The translations under genes were made by a program, and so were the position numbers. The notes below the pieces were generated by a model. It was not told the DNA's origin and did not search any database. It saw only the letters and a list, made by a program, of their open reading frames with translations. Below are positions 11,007 to 22,873 of a DNA stretch of 64,000 nucleotides, one piece after another; position 1 is the first letter of the stretch; each line of letters begins with the position of its first letter. The stretch lies in the NCBI GenBank assembly GCA_010093605.1, contig MU004182.1, forward strand, positions 2,589,195 to 2,653,194, read 5' to 3'. The DNA is from Lophium mytilinum. Taxonomy: Eukaryota.

Positions 11007-12644
11007 CTAATGAGCCTTATGCCACACCTCCCCCGGAATCGCATCCTGATATTCCACGACTTCGTTCAGTGCTTCCCTGATAATCCGAACGCCCCTTTCC
11101 AACTGCTCATCCGTCATCACCATGGTCACTCCCATCCTCAGGCGCCCCCCCAACGGGTATAGTAGCAGTCCTTTACTCAAGCACAAGCCTCCGATCCTCC
11201 TAGCCGTCACCCTCCCTTCCGGGTTCTCTCGAATCGGAATGCTGAAATCTGCGCCTCGAGCTTGGATGTCAGCTACATATGGATGCTGCCTCAAATCGGT
11301 CGTCAACTCCAGGAACTTCTCGCCGAGCTGCCTTGCTCGTTCCGCCATGTTCTCCTCGTCCAGGACCTTCAGTGCCGCCTCAGCAGCTGCGATTGCCATA
11401 GGCGTGTGTGCGAACGTCGAGCCGCTCTCATACGGTCCCACAACATTCATCATTACGTCGTCTCCCAGGACGAACGAGGCCGGGTACGCGCCGCCGGTCA
11501 TGGATTTGCCGACGACGAGCAGATCAGGGCGGACGTCTGGGCCCAGATGGTTGAAAGAAAAGAACTTTCCGGTCTTGCAGGATCCCATTCGCACTTCGTC
11601 GGCGATGAAGGGGATGTTGTACTTCTTGCAAAGGTCATAAATCCCCCGGGCGAAGGAGACTTCTTCTTCATAAGTGCTAAGTACGGAAACTTGTTAGTGA
11701 TACACTATCGGAGGGATAGAGTAGGCGGTACGTACTTTCCCGTATTGCGTATGCATTCTAAAATGATGCCTCCCACGCGCGCATGGTGCTCTGCAAGACA
11801 GGCCTCCATGTCTTCCAGATGGCCATACCGTAGCAGCGTCTTCGTCGACGGATTGACGTTAGTATGTTGGGCGCTGTCGAGGCCATAAGCTGTGAGAGCT
11901 GTATCAGTTTCATTCCTAGCATGAGCACATCCAGGCTGAAGTACCTGTTCTGGCGGGGCTAGGGTCTTGTAGATTCCAGACCCCTGAAGACAGTCCGTGG
12001 TAGCTGTCCGAGACAGCTAGAATCAGTACCTCCTCCGCGGGAATGCCTCTGACCTCATAAGCATGACGCCTGGTGATCTTGCAAGCCAGATCAGCTGCCT
12101 CCGATCCGGTGACCATAGCGGAGATCTTGTCGTATTTGAACCTCTTGCACATCATTTCAGCAAAGACGGGCCAACGCGTGTTGTGCGTTGAAGTGTTTAT
12201 GAGGTAGGCTAGAGACCATGTCAGCCCTCATCTGTCAACGTATCTCACTGGATGCGGCCTACCTTTGTTGAGCTGCTCCACCATCGCTGCGACTATCTTC
12301 GGATGGCAGTGTCCTTGATTGCCGGCGCTGAACATGCAAATGAAATCGAGGTATTCTTTGCCATCCACATCCTATGTCACTTCAGTCCTGGATTCAACAG
12401 CTAAAGAGCTTTGGCGGCAATTTTCACGAACCCATAGTTGCGCACCCTTGCCTCTATCCATGAACCCAGGCAAGGGCGTAAAGCCACCAACGGTGTACTC
12501 CGCTTCAGTATCAAGCAGCTGCTGTGCTCTCCTTGACAGCACAATCTGCTTCCGTTGGACTGCAACAGGCGCCATATGACTGCTGTCCATTGGTGTGAGA
12601 TTCACGCCAGCGTGATCGACTTCTTCGACGGTGAGTGATGCCAT
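11007..12644 (-). CDS. Class-III PLP aminotransferase, divergent ornithine aminotransferase paralog (multi-exon)
   Basis: Spliced product contains [62 protein letters not shown] (PLP lysine) and ESGSTF. Confidence 0.9.
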
Positions 12645-13373
12645 TTTGCAGGTTGAAGTTGTATCGTGGTTAGGGATGAATCATAGAGATGAATGCTAAA
12701 GAAACGCAGATGCCTCGAGTATGAAATCCTATAGATATATATACTGTGGACTAAGATAGCTCGCTATCGAGACTTGCATCCTGGCGCTTTTTCGGTCGTG
12801 ATCCGTGCTCCGTTATGAGCATCGATGGAGCAGTGCCTGGGATGTGACAAAATGGTAAGTAACAGCGATGGCTTGGCGCGCTGTCGATTTCCCGAATCAG
12901 CGGGCTCAGCACATAATGGAATTAGCTGGGCTGGAATAACATGACCCAGTTAGCGAGGCACCGCTAGAAGCTAATAACAAAAAGCAGATAAAGGAGATTG
13001 CCTGAGTTCTGGGACCCCCGGAGATCATGACATGGCTATTATGATCACTGATTAGTAGATCTTGACCAGTTTAAAACGTCATATTAGCTTTCTGAGCTGC
13101 AGTCAGATCACAGATGTAGTTTGATAGCTACGGGCACATACATGTAGAACATTCAATTGAGCGTAATTTTGATCCTCTATATACTGAACCTACGCCACGC
13201 TGAAGCAAGCACCGCAATACATTCAATCCAAGACCATACCCTCTGATATTCGAGTCAACTAATAAAGACACTGTATATTTTAACAAGTCGTGAATCCGCT
13301 TCGTAACTTCACAGAAAGTACATAAACATCTAGGAGTAACGGTCCGATCTCCAACTTCCCACCGACTTCCCGC

Positions 13374-15031
13374 TTAGAAACTCTCCTGATTCATTGCCAC
13401 CGGCTCTGTGTATCTAGTCTTCGAATATGCGAACCAATTGACCACGGCGCAGAAGAACACACCGCCTGTGACAGCAGAGGCGTAGTTCATGGTCGACGCG
13501 GTCACTGGCACGTATGAGGGGAAACAAAGCCAGACGGTAATGAAAGGCATCCAAATAATCGATATGATGTTGAAGTAGATGCCGCTGCGACCTAGATTGA
13601 AGTTGCGCTTGGAAGGAAATGCATTCGCTCGGCCGGCATAGAGCAAGCTTCCGACGACCAGGATGTAAGATAAGTAGCACATGACGATGCCTGCGCCGAG
13701 AATCGCGTTTATTGCAGTGGTTGAGCCGAGAATGATAGCGCCTATGGCGACTATAAGTAAGACACCGGATGCAACCGCGTTGACGGGAAGCTCGTAATAT
13801 GTGTTGACTTTGGACACCCAGCCGGAGAGTGGCAATGCTCCCTGTCGTCCCACAGACCACAGAATCCGAGAAAAGCTGGTCAACAGACAGATGGCCGCAC
13901 ATAGCATGACGAGTATGTAGACCAGAATTGCGATGATGGTAAGGGCCTGGGAGTCCAAAGAATCCAGTAAAAGCTGAGCAATCGGCTGCCCTCCGATAGG
14001 GGCCAAGAGATTGGCCGGGCTGATAATGCAGAACATATAGACCAGAACCAGCGGCAATCCTGCGAGTGCGCTCATGAGAGCGCTTCCGAACATGACTCGG
14101 GGAATGTTCCTCTCTGGGTGTGGGATCTCATCAGCGAGATGAGCGGCGCCCTCGAAACCATTGACAGCAGTAGCACCAGGCAGCAGACCGAGGAAGAAAA
14201 CTACGCCGTCCGACTTCCATCCAGTCATGTTGACGAGATCGGCAAAAACGAACGATGCGGATTGTTTCGGGTGAGTGCGGACTAGGAGCACAATGAGCAC
14301 GAAGAGTGCGCCAGTGTTGATGAAGACTACCATGCTCTTGAGCATGAATGGATATAACTTGAAAAGTGGTACGTTGAGAGCGAAGGCGACGGCTGCCGAG
14401 CCAATGTAGAGGACATAGTATTCCCATGGTTGCGCAACGAATGTCGTTTTGATCACCGCTACTAATGCCCAGATGAGCTGAGAGGCGAGAAGGCAAGTCG
14501 CAGCTGTCAGGAAAAAGTATGCAGCGCTGACAATCCAAGCAGCTAGATAGCTGAGGCCGCGTGCGTATTTCTTGTGTGCCAGGACTGAAATCCAGTAGAT
14601 TTGACCTATAGTAGGAATTTGCGGTCAGTGATTGCCTCGCTCAGGGGTAACTTTCCGTTCTTGAAGTCTTTTAAAACAACTGGAATTGAGAGGATATTCG
14701 TACCTGACGAGTGAGGGTAGACAGCGGCAATCTCAGCCAGCGATAGGCAAACGCAGAGATTACAGCCCACCGCCAAAATATACCCATAGATGAAGACAGG
14801 ACTTCCGCCTACTCCAATGACACTTGTAAGGTATGCGCCAACAGCAAGCGGCGTCGAAGTCAATGAGTACTGGAGACCCAAACTGCTCCAGAGACTGAAG
14901 GACTCATTCAACACTTGCGGTGCTCCAACCTCGCGCGTAGCACCGACGTCTATATCCAATTGACGATGGGGTTCGGAAACATCTTTGCCGTCATACAACG
15001 GCATCTTGTGGTCCTTTGAGGTGGTAGACAT
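13374..15031 (-). CDS. APC-superfamily amino acid/choline/GABA permease (intron 14703-14606)
   Basis: SLAEIAAVYPHSS|GQIYW, GFEGAAHLADE and PVTASTMNYAS motifs, with many hydrophobic helices. Confidence 0.9.
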
Positions 15032-15830
15032 TTCGTATAGCAGGAGAATGATATTCAAGGTTGAAGGTTAAGCGGAGATGATATCTTAAGCAGGAGGCAA
15101 GACAAGACATTTGAGCAGCGTAAGTATATACTCACGGTCTATCATTGATACCACGCGATATGGAATGAGATCTTAGGAGATTGAATAGACCTAGCGTATC
15201 TTTGCTCGCCAGTCTTAGAATATGCCCGCTGTAATTCGTTGCACACATCCCGCGCTGGGAAGAGACATCGAAAAGGCAGGCGACAACGACGCGAAAAGCT
15301 TGAAAGCTCACCTTGAGAACTGCGACGCGAGTTTCAGCTAGCTCTATAGACGAAGCTTGATAGCGATAAGGAGACTAAGAAATAGGACTGTTCCGGCAGT
15401 CGTGAGCGAGAGGCGCGCGATAACACACGCCACTCCCAATGCGGGCCTCAGATGTGTGCAGGGCCTGGATGTGCCCTATTCACGATACTACTCGGGCCTT
15501 TCCAGCCCCCTGCGTAGTTCGTGTCCCGGATGGCGTCAAACGATAGGCGATAAGGACTTCAAAATCCTTCTTCTTCTTTAAGCAACAAGAGGCGACCAAC
15601 AAAACTGCCCTTGTAGAAACTCTGGGAAACTGACAGCGCGAGACTGGTGCGACGATGGGTTCTACAACCAGGGCAACGCGAATTCTTCAGCAGACTCCTA
15701 GACTATGCACCATTTGTCGTCCGTGCCTGGAAGACTCTTCGGCCATGACCATAGGCATATAACCCACGTCTCCGACTTTCAGATGCATTGATCGATCAGG
15801 ATTTTCATACTTGCGTACTCTCGTCCCAAA

Positions 15831-16917
15831 ATGTCGAACATGTTGAAGTAAGCATTGCCGTGAGCCCCAATTCGAAGCACAGTTCTCCAAGCTGATCAGT
15901 CGCAATTTTTAGTCTCCAAGGCCGGGTTGCCATCGTCACAGGCTCATCTTCTGGAGTTGGTCGTGCTATTGCACTCGCACTGGCAAGCGAAGGCGCGTCA
16001 GTCGTATGCAGCGATTTGACGCACGACTTGCGCCCGGGAGGATATGAGACCGTGACAACTTCGACACACGAGCTGATCGCGAAGACAGGCAAAGCTATCT
16101 TCAAGGAGACTGATGTTAGCTCGCCGCAAGATGTGGAAGCGCTGGTCGCATCCGCTGTTGCCGAGTTCGGCAGGCTAGATATGTACGTGTATCAACATCA
16201 GTTCTGTTCAAGTCGAACAGGCCGGGATGAGAGAGGTAGGATAGCTGATATTGCGAAGTTTGGTCAATAATGCAGGAGTCTTCTGTGGGCAAAACAAGAT
16301 TGCAGAAGAGCCCTTGGAAGCCTTTGAAAAGACCATGGTAGGGCAATTTGTAGGAATGGCGTGATGACAGAAGCGAAGTCTAATCGTTCGCAGGCCATCA
16401 ATACCCGAGGGACCTTTCTCGGGATGAAGTTCGCCATCGCACAGATGATGAAACAAGAACCACGATCTACCGGGGATCGTGGCTGGATTGTGAATATCTC
16501 CTCGATTGGCGGCCTGGTAGGCCTTTCAATGGAACGTAGGTTGGCCAATTTCATCTCTACTTATTTCCTGGCTTCTCTTCTCTTCCCTACCTTCATAAAA
16601 ACATTAGCTAACGCTCATAAGCATCCTATTGTGCGAGCAAAGGCGCTGTGACCAACCTAACCCGACAAGTAGCGCTGGACTATGCCCCTCATAAAATCCA
16701 TGTCAATGGTGTGTGCCCCGGCTTCTTGAAGACGGCAATGGTTCGATCTGCGCTCGAAGATGCAGCTCTCAACGAGGAGCTGCATGCTGCGTCACCATGG
16801 CCGCATTTAGGCTTGCCCGAAGATGTGGCGAAGGCGGTGCTGTACCTTTCTGGCGATGGTGCTAGTTGGGTGACAGGTGTAATGTTGAATGTGGACGGTG
16901 GGTACTGTACAAGGTAG
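15831..16917 (+). CDS. Short-chain dehydrogenase/reductase (5 exons)
   Basis: Spliced: MSNMLN|LQGRVAIVTGSSSGVG ... RLDI|LVNNAG ... NISS ... P|SYCASK ... VDGGY. Confidence 0.88.
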
Positions 16918-17234
16918 ACTAGTATGTGAAAAGGGGACTCATTTCTAAAGGGGTGGTAGCAGGTGAGCTTATGTGCCGTCTGAGATGCTTGATAGACGCA
17001 ATCAAGCTTAGGCACACTGCAGGAGAGTGGTCCACGTAGATTAGGCGCGGCGAAATTTCACTACTTCTCTGGTATGGTGTACATTAAACAACGTTTTAGC
17101 TGCTGAGAATAGAAAGCTTGAGATTTACTTTTACATCATGTACTTCTCCGCCAGCTTCTAGAAACACACTTGCAGAAGTCTAAACCACAAACCCACGGCC
17201 AATGTCCAATATATACAAGAACGCTTCATCACGC

Positions 17235-19170
17235 CTACAGCTTCATGCCAAGCGCCTTATGCACCCTCAACGCTTGCCTAATGCTCAAATCTAGCATGAT
17301 TTCCTCACTCCCACCCGGAATGGCATACGCCCTAACATCCCGATACAACCGCTCTACCTTCGCACCCTGTCCGCCGCGCGAGTAACTTAGGCCGCCGAAG
17401 ATCTGACTAGCCTCTCGTGCACAGAACTCGAATGTGGTAGTGCTCTGCGCCTTGAGCGAGGCAATAGCGCCGCCGAGCTTCAACATAGCCTCCATCTCGC
17501 CCATCTTCTGGCACTGGTAGATGAGATTCTCGAGCCAGTTGTAAGAAGCCTCGATTTGACGAGCCATGTGAGCGAGCTTGAGGCGGATGACGGGATGATC
17601 GATGAGCTTCTTGCCAAAAGTGCGGCGCTTGTGGGCGTACTTGATGGATTCTTCGTAGCAGACGCGGGAGAAGCGGAGACACTGTATGATTATGCCAATG
17701 CGTTCGTGATTGAAGTTTGTCATAATGACTGAAAAAGGTTAGAAGTGTGATCGTTCTGGTAGGCTTTGGGAGTAAGGAAAGGGGAAATGGGAGTGAGCAA
17801 AGTTGGCGACGCACCTTTGAAACCTTGGTTCTCCTTCCCGATGAGGTTCTCAACGGGAACCTTCACATCCTCAAAGGTAATGTATGTAGTACCACTGCTC
17901 CATACACCTTGGCAGTCCATCTTGCGGGTGGAGACACCGCCGAAACTGCGCTCAATGAGGAGTACGGAGACGCCGTTCATGCCCTCACCGCCCGTGCGGA
18001 CGGCAGTGGTGAAGTAATCGCACCAAATGCCGTTGGTGATCCATTTCTTCTCGCCATTGACGATATAGTGTTTTCCATCTTCAGAAAGCTTGGCTTCGCA
18101 TGTGAGATTGGCGACATCGCTTCCCGCGTCTGTCACATGTTAGTAATGCAAGAAGATACTAGGAAAGTCAGCAAAACTTACCAGGCTCCGTTATCGCGAG
18201 ACAGATGCGCTTGTTGCCATTAAGAATCTCAGGTACAACGCGCTTGACGACGTCCTTCTTTCCGAACTTGACAAGCGGTGGGCAGCCAATGCCAAAACCA
18301 CCGATGAGGTTCCATACGAGCCCGCCACTGCCCGCGCGCGAGATCTCGTCCGTGAGCAGCATCTCGTGGAAGAGATCCCACTTCTCCGGCGCGACGCTCT
18401 TTACGCGCTGCTCTGTCAAGTTTGTTGGATAGTGCACACCCATGAGACCGGCTAGATAACCCTTCTCGCCCATAGCTTTGTAGATGCTGTCAGGCACCTT
18501 ACGGCCCTCTTCCCACTCGGTCACGTTGGGCATTATGTCGTCCTCGACCCATTGGCGGACTTCGGCGCGGAGGTCGGCGTGGGACTGATTGAAGAAGGGC
18601 GAGTGGTACTACAGGTGGGTGTCACATGTCAGAGACTGTTTTACTTGTATAGGCAGAAATTGGAGAGGAAGGCGTTTGTAGAGAAATGCTCACAGATTGG
18701 TACCAAGAGGGGTCCGCATAGGGCACTAGGTCGCCGAAGGGATCCAATGCCTCCGCCTCCTCCTCCGCAGCGGCTGTAGGCATCGGGGCGACTGCGCCGG
18801 ACTCAGCGGATGGCTTTACAACATCCGGTTTCTTCTCCGCAGGCGGCGTAGTTGGGGGTGTTGGAGGCGCTGCCTTCGAGTCTAGAGAGCCGACCTGCAA
18901 CTTCTTCTGGTATTTCTTGAGGATGCTCTCGTTGTGGTACTTCCAGAACTGCTTGGAAGCGTCTTTTCCAGCAACACGCTGTAGGACTGGTTATATTTGT
19001 CAGGATTTGCAGCCAAAGTGTGTGGCATGAAGAGAGCACGTACTCTTCTTGCCGCCAGGGTGTTCGTCTTGGAACTTTGTCAGATCGTATACGTCCTCGT
19101 TGACGACGACCCAGAGGCTGTCGGTCTTGTTGTGGGAGGCCACATCGGCTGTAGAGAAGCGTTGCGACAT
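17235..19170 (-). CDS. Acyl-CoA dehydrogenase with N-terminal cytochrome b5 domain
   Basis: EHPGG heme motif in exon 1; CLAITEP|DAGSDVA, NGEKKWITNG, QIFGGL and AIPGGSEEI across exons. Confidence 0.93.
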
Positions 19171-20516
19171 GTTGGGTGCTTCTTAGGGGAAGAATGGGCG
19201 TTGTGGTGGCGGTATGAGAGGGAGAGTGTAGATGTCGAGAACAAGACAATGAATGGCAGCTGACAGGCTTAAAACCAGAGGAAGCAAAGCCTTTCACATG
19301 CTAGACATGGCACAACGCCAAACCCTTCTCCAGCCTCCACACCCCGAGATTCCTGCTAGAGCCGCCTGGGGTAGGCACGGGACCATGACGGGGATGATAT
19401 TGACGCAACCATTATTGGCTCGGACACTCGCGGCGAGTCCGGTGATGGGGGGCATCGAGGCTGTGAGAGTGCATCGTGTCCAACGTCATACAAAGGTACC
19501 GAGGCTCTCGCCGCTTTCGTCTAGTCTCTGATTTTGCGCCTCATTGGGGAGAATTTATGCTCCGTTCCAATTCACCCTCTAAATATTAGCTTGGTACCTA
19601 TGAAATTAGACTCCATGGTCTTTTTACCTGCTAGAAGCGCTTTCAAAGTTGAACACATCACGTCAAAGTCTACCATGATACAAAATTTTCTCGCGTATAT
19701 AAACAGTTATGCATAGTCTTCAAATCTTTGTGTAGAGATAGTTCGCTAGATCCACATGAGCAATTTTCACCGGGCACCGACGAACCCCCGTTGAAACATT
19801 GCTCCTTGTAACCGTCTGCGACGCATTCCCGTTTTCAGCCAGCCTACATTCCACATCAGCACGCCACGACGTGACATAGGGTACGTGCAAATGAATCATC
19901 ACGCTATTTCGCGTACAACTCTGGGGTTACGCGTGGTGTTTGTTGTAGCTTGACATCCGAAACTGTAAGCTAGCCGTTCTAGAGCACCGAGTACCGAGGC
20001 CTTTCACTATTTCGTGATTGGACACGCTTTCGAGACATCTTTTGGCAGTACTTGGCACGTGGCCCTCCCATCTTCACGAGCTGAAGCACTCAATCATTCC
20101 CATTTGCAGAGGAGGTCCCGCCGTGTTAGGCCGGCCGAGATCTCGAAATACTACGCCGAGTTCCGCGTGTTGATATCGAGATCGGACGTGTCACTTTTCT
20201 TGGCTAAAAACGCGTCCCCGCCTGCTTGCTCGCACCCCATTGATTACACCCTTCCTGCGCAATTGCACATGCTTCATCAATGCTTCGATCAGAAAGATCA
20301 CCAAAGGGTCCTCAGAGCAAAGTCGCGATGCGATCGTTTTCTGAAGCGATGGATACTCAGATCGTGCCTAGAGGCCGCGCGATGATGACATACTAACACA
20401 TAATGCTACTGACGGCACAACAACTCACAGAAGCCATCGCCAGCACCCCCAAGTCCATCGACCCTCGGCGCCTCACACACCAGCAACCTCCCTCTCGTAT
20501 ACCGATCAGTCCGACA

Positions 20517-21027
20517 ATGCCGGGAGAAGTACAGGTCAAGAAGGCCTCGGAGATCAATGCTCCAACTGGGGCTCAGACCGAGGGCATGATTCGTATGAAC
20601 GCTATCACGGACATGTCTGATCAAATTTGTGGTACCGGTGAGCATCTTCTACTTTCGAGAATGGCACCTTTCAGGCTGATGCAACTTCCCAGTAATGATA
20701 GCAAAACCCCACACGGCCTCAGCCATACACCACCATGGCGAAGAAGGTAGTTTCCTCGCACCTATAATGTCAACCTACGTCTCGACAACGAACCCCTCCT
20801 GATATATCTTAGATACTATCGTCTATGCTGCCAAAGGCCACGGAACCATTGTCAGCGGTCCCAACGGTTCTAAGAGGCAAGACCTCGGTCCTGGTGACTT
20901 TGCGCTTATACCAGCATACGCTCAACACCAAGAAGTCAACGATAGCGGTGAAGACATTGTATGGATCATAACACGCGGTGGTCGCAATCCGATTGTCGAA
21001 AACCTGGATGGATGGGGAGAGAGCTAG
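20517..21027 (+). CDS. Small cupin (RmlC-like) protein, 3 exons
   Basis: Spliced SAIHHHGEE|DTIVY...GDFALIPAYAQHQE cupin motifs; TAG at 21025-21027. Confidence 0.85.
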
Positions 21028-22873
21028 GCTGCGAATGAAAGGAGCCAGTAGAGGCAATACCGACATTATCTGGAGATTTTCTTTCGCAACTATCCAACTC
21101 GAAAGGAAGAGATAGAGATTACGTTGCTGTCGCTATCACCTCGTGAATCGAGACTCAAGGTCTTGCAAAACCTCATTTCACATGCTTGACCGACTCCGCA
21201 TGCCATCTTCGTGGAAAGGGATAGGTTGACGTTACTTCCATTCCAAACTTCCTTAGCCATCCTTAGAACTCATCACTCTCTGCTACTTTGCTCTCCCTCA
21301 GAGGGGATGAGAGTGAAAGAAGAGTGATATTAGCTAATCAATCTAAAAAGTACCTGGGAAGTGGTTGTTGTATCACACGCGGTGTTGGCGTGGCTGGCAG
21401 CTGGTCTAATCATGCGAAGATGAGAGTGAACACGAATCACCTACCAAACCTCATCAGACGGAAGCACATGCACTCGGTCGAAGTTCCCATGGAAGCGCCG
21501 GATAAGTCGGACTGCCCAAGTCGAATCTTCAGTCTTCGTGCTTCATCGCTATCGTCTGATTGGTCGCAAGTTGATGATCATCACTATCACAACTTCAGCA
21601 TTTACTCGCACCTTCCAAATGAAGTTTTCTAACAGCAAACACATAGGCGCACGCTATTTTGGACAGTCCTCAGCTTTCGAGTGTTCCTATATTATTGATG
21701 CATGGTCGTCGTCAATAGTAAGGCAGTGCAGGGCTAAATCGTGACGCGGCGGCTGTCCTGCCCACGCTGGCTTGCTACCCGTCTTGGCATGTACCTGGTT
21801 CGCCATGAGGCTCAAGAAACAAGCCCAGCATGGTAAGATTCGCGTAATCAGATCATAGCAAGCCTTTTGAAATACGGACTCAGCATGAAATCCAGATGCT
21901 GAATGGTGTAATGAAGATCTGCCAAGCATCATGAGATGGAGCTATGGTATTTTTAAAATTCTGCCAAGGGTATTCTACTTGGCTTCACCCTTCTCATGAT
22001 ATTTCCGGCGCAGTAAAACGTCCCACCTGGCCGATGTCTTCGAAGATGGATCGTACCGCCTACCTCGATCTAGAGAATGGCAGCTGGCGCCACAACGCTG
22101 TGCTCGCCGCGCTTTCCTTCTAGTCTTCCTCCTTGCAGCATTCCCAAGTCATAAGTTCCGGGTCTGCCCCATGATGTCTTCACACCAGATCTGCAAGCGT
22201 ACCTTGGGCAACGCCCATTGAACCATCGTTTATTTCCACACGTGTCAAGCTTTTCATTTCTAATCCCTGACAGGTTGTCACTCGTTTCCATTCATGTGAG
22301 TAACCTACTGCGTTTTCTTTTTCAGCCACCCCTCCTCCGTCCCAGTCATGCTGCGATCATTCGCACGTGGCCGTGCGTGCAGCCCACCCATCGTCTTCAT
22401 GTTAGCATGCACTTCGATTATTGGCAGACCGTTCCTCGACCTCTCTGTGAGGTGGTAGAATGACCCACTTTCGAGCATGCTTTCCATGGGTTCGACCTTT
22501 CGCCTTATTCAAATAATTTCGCTACCGGCGCATAAATATCACCAACGAAGAAAATAAAGCATCTCGTGTCCCCGAGAAACTTTCACTTCATGAAGAAGAG
22601 CAGAGCTGGATGCAACAAACCACTTCGCTAGTTGCGAGCTCCGTTAGCTGACACTTGCAGAAACATTAAGCAGGCGGTCGTGACGGAGCACTGGAGCACT
22701 GCTTTTACCATACAACCAACCATAGCAGGAACTCTGCATCAGAACGCACCAGAGACCTAAGCGACTATTAATACGAAATTCAATCGCTTCACTTCGAAGT
22801 CTGTATATTGGGCAGACCTTGCATTCGCTTCTACTAGACCTTCTGCTATCGGACCGAAATTCTCATTCTAAAC

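Noticed and set aside
17235..21027. Acyl-CoA dehydrogenase and cupin as part of the left cluster
   Set aside because: Both look like widely conserved genes, and nothing in the sequence ties them to the cluster; the boundary remains unproven.
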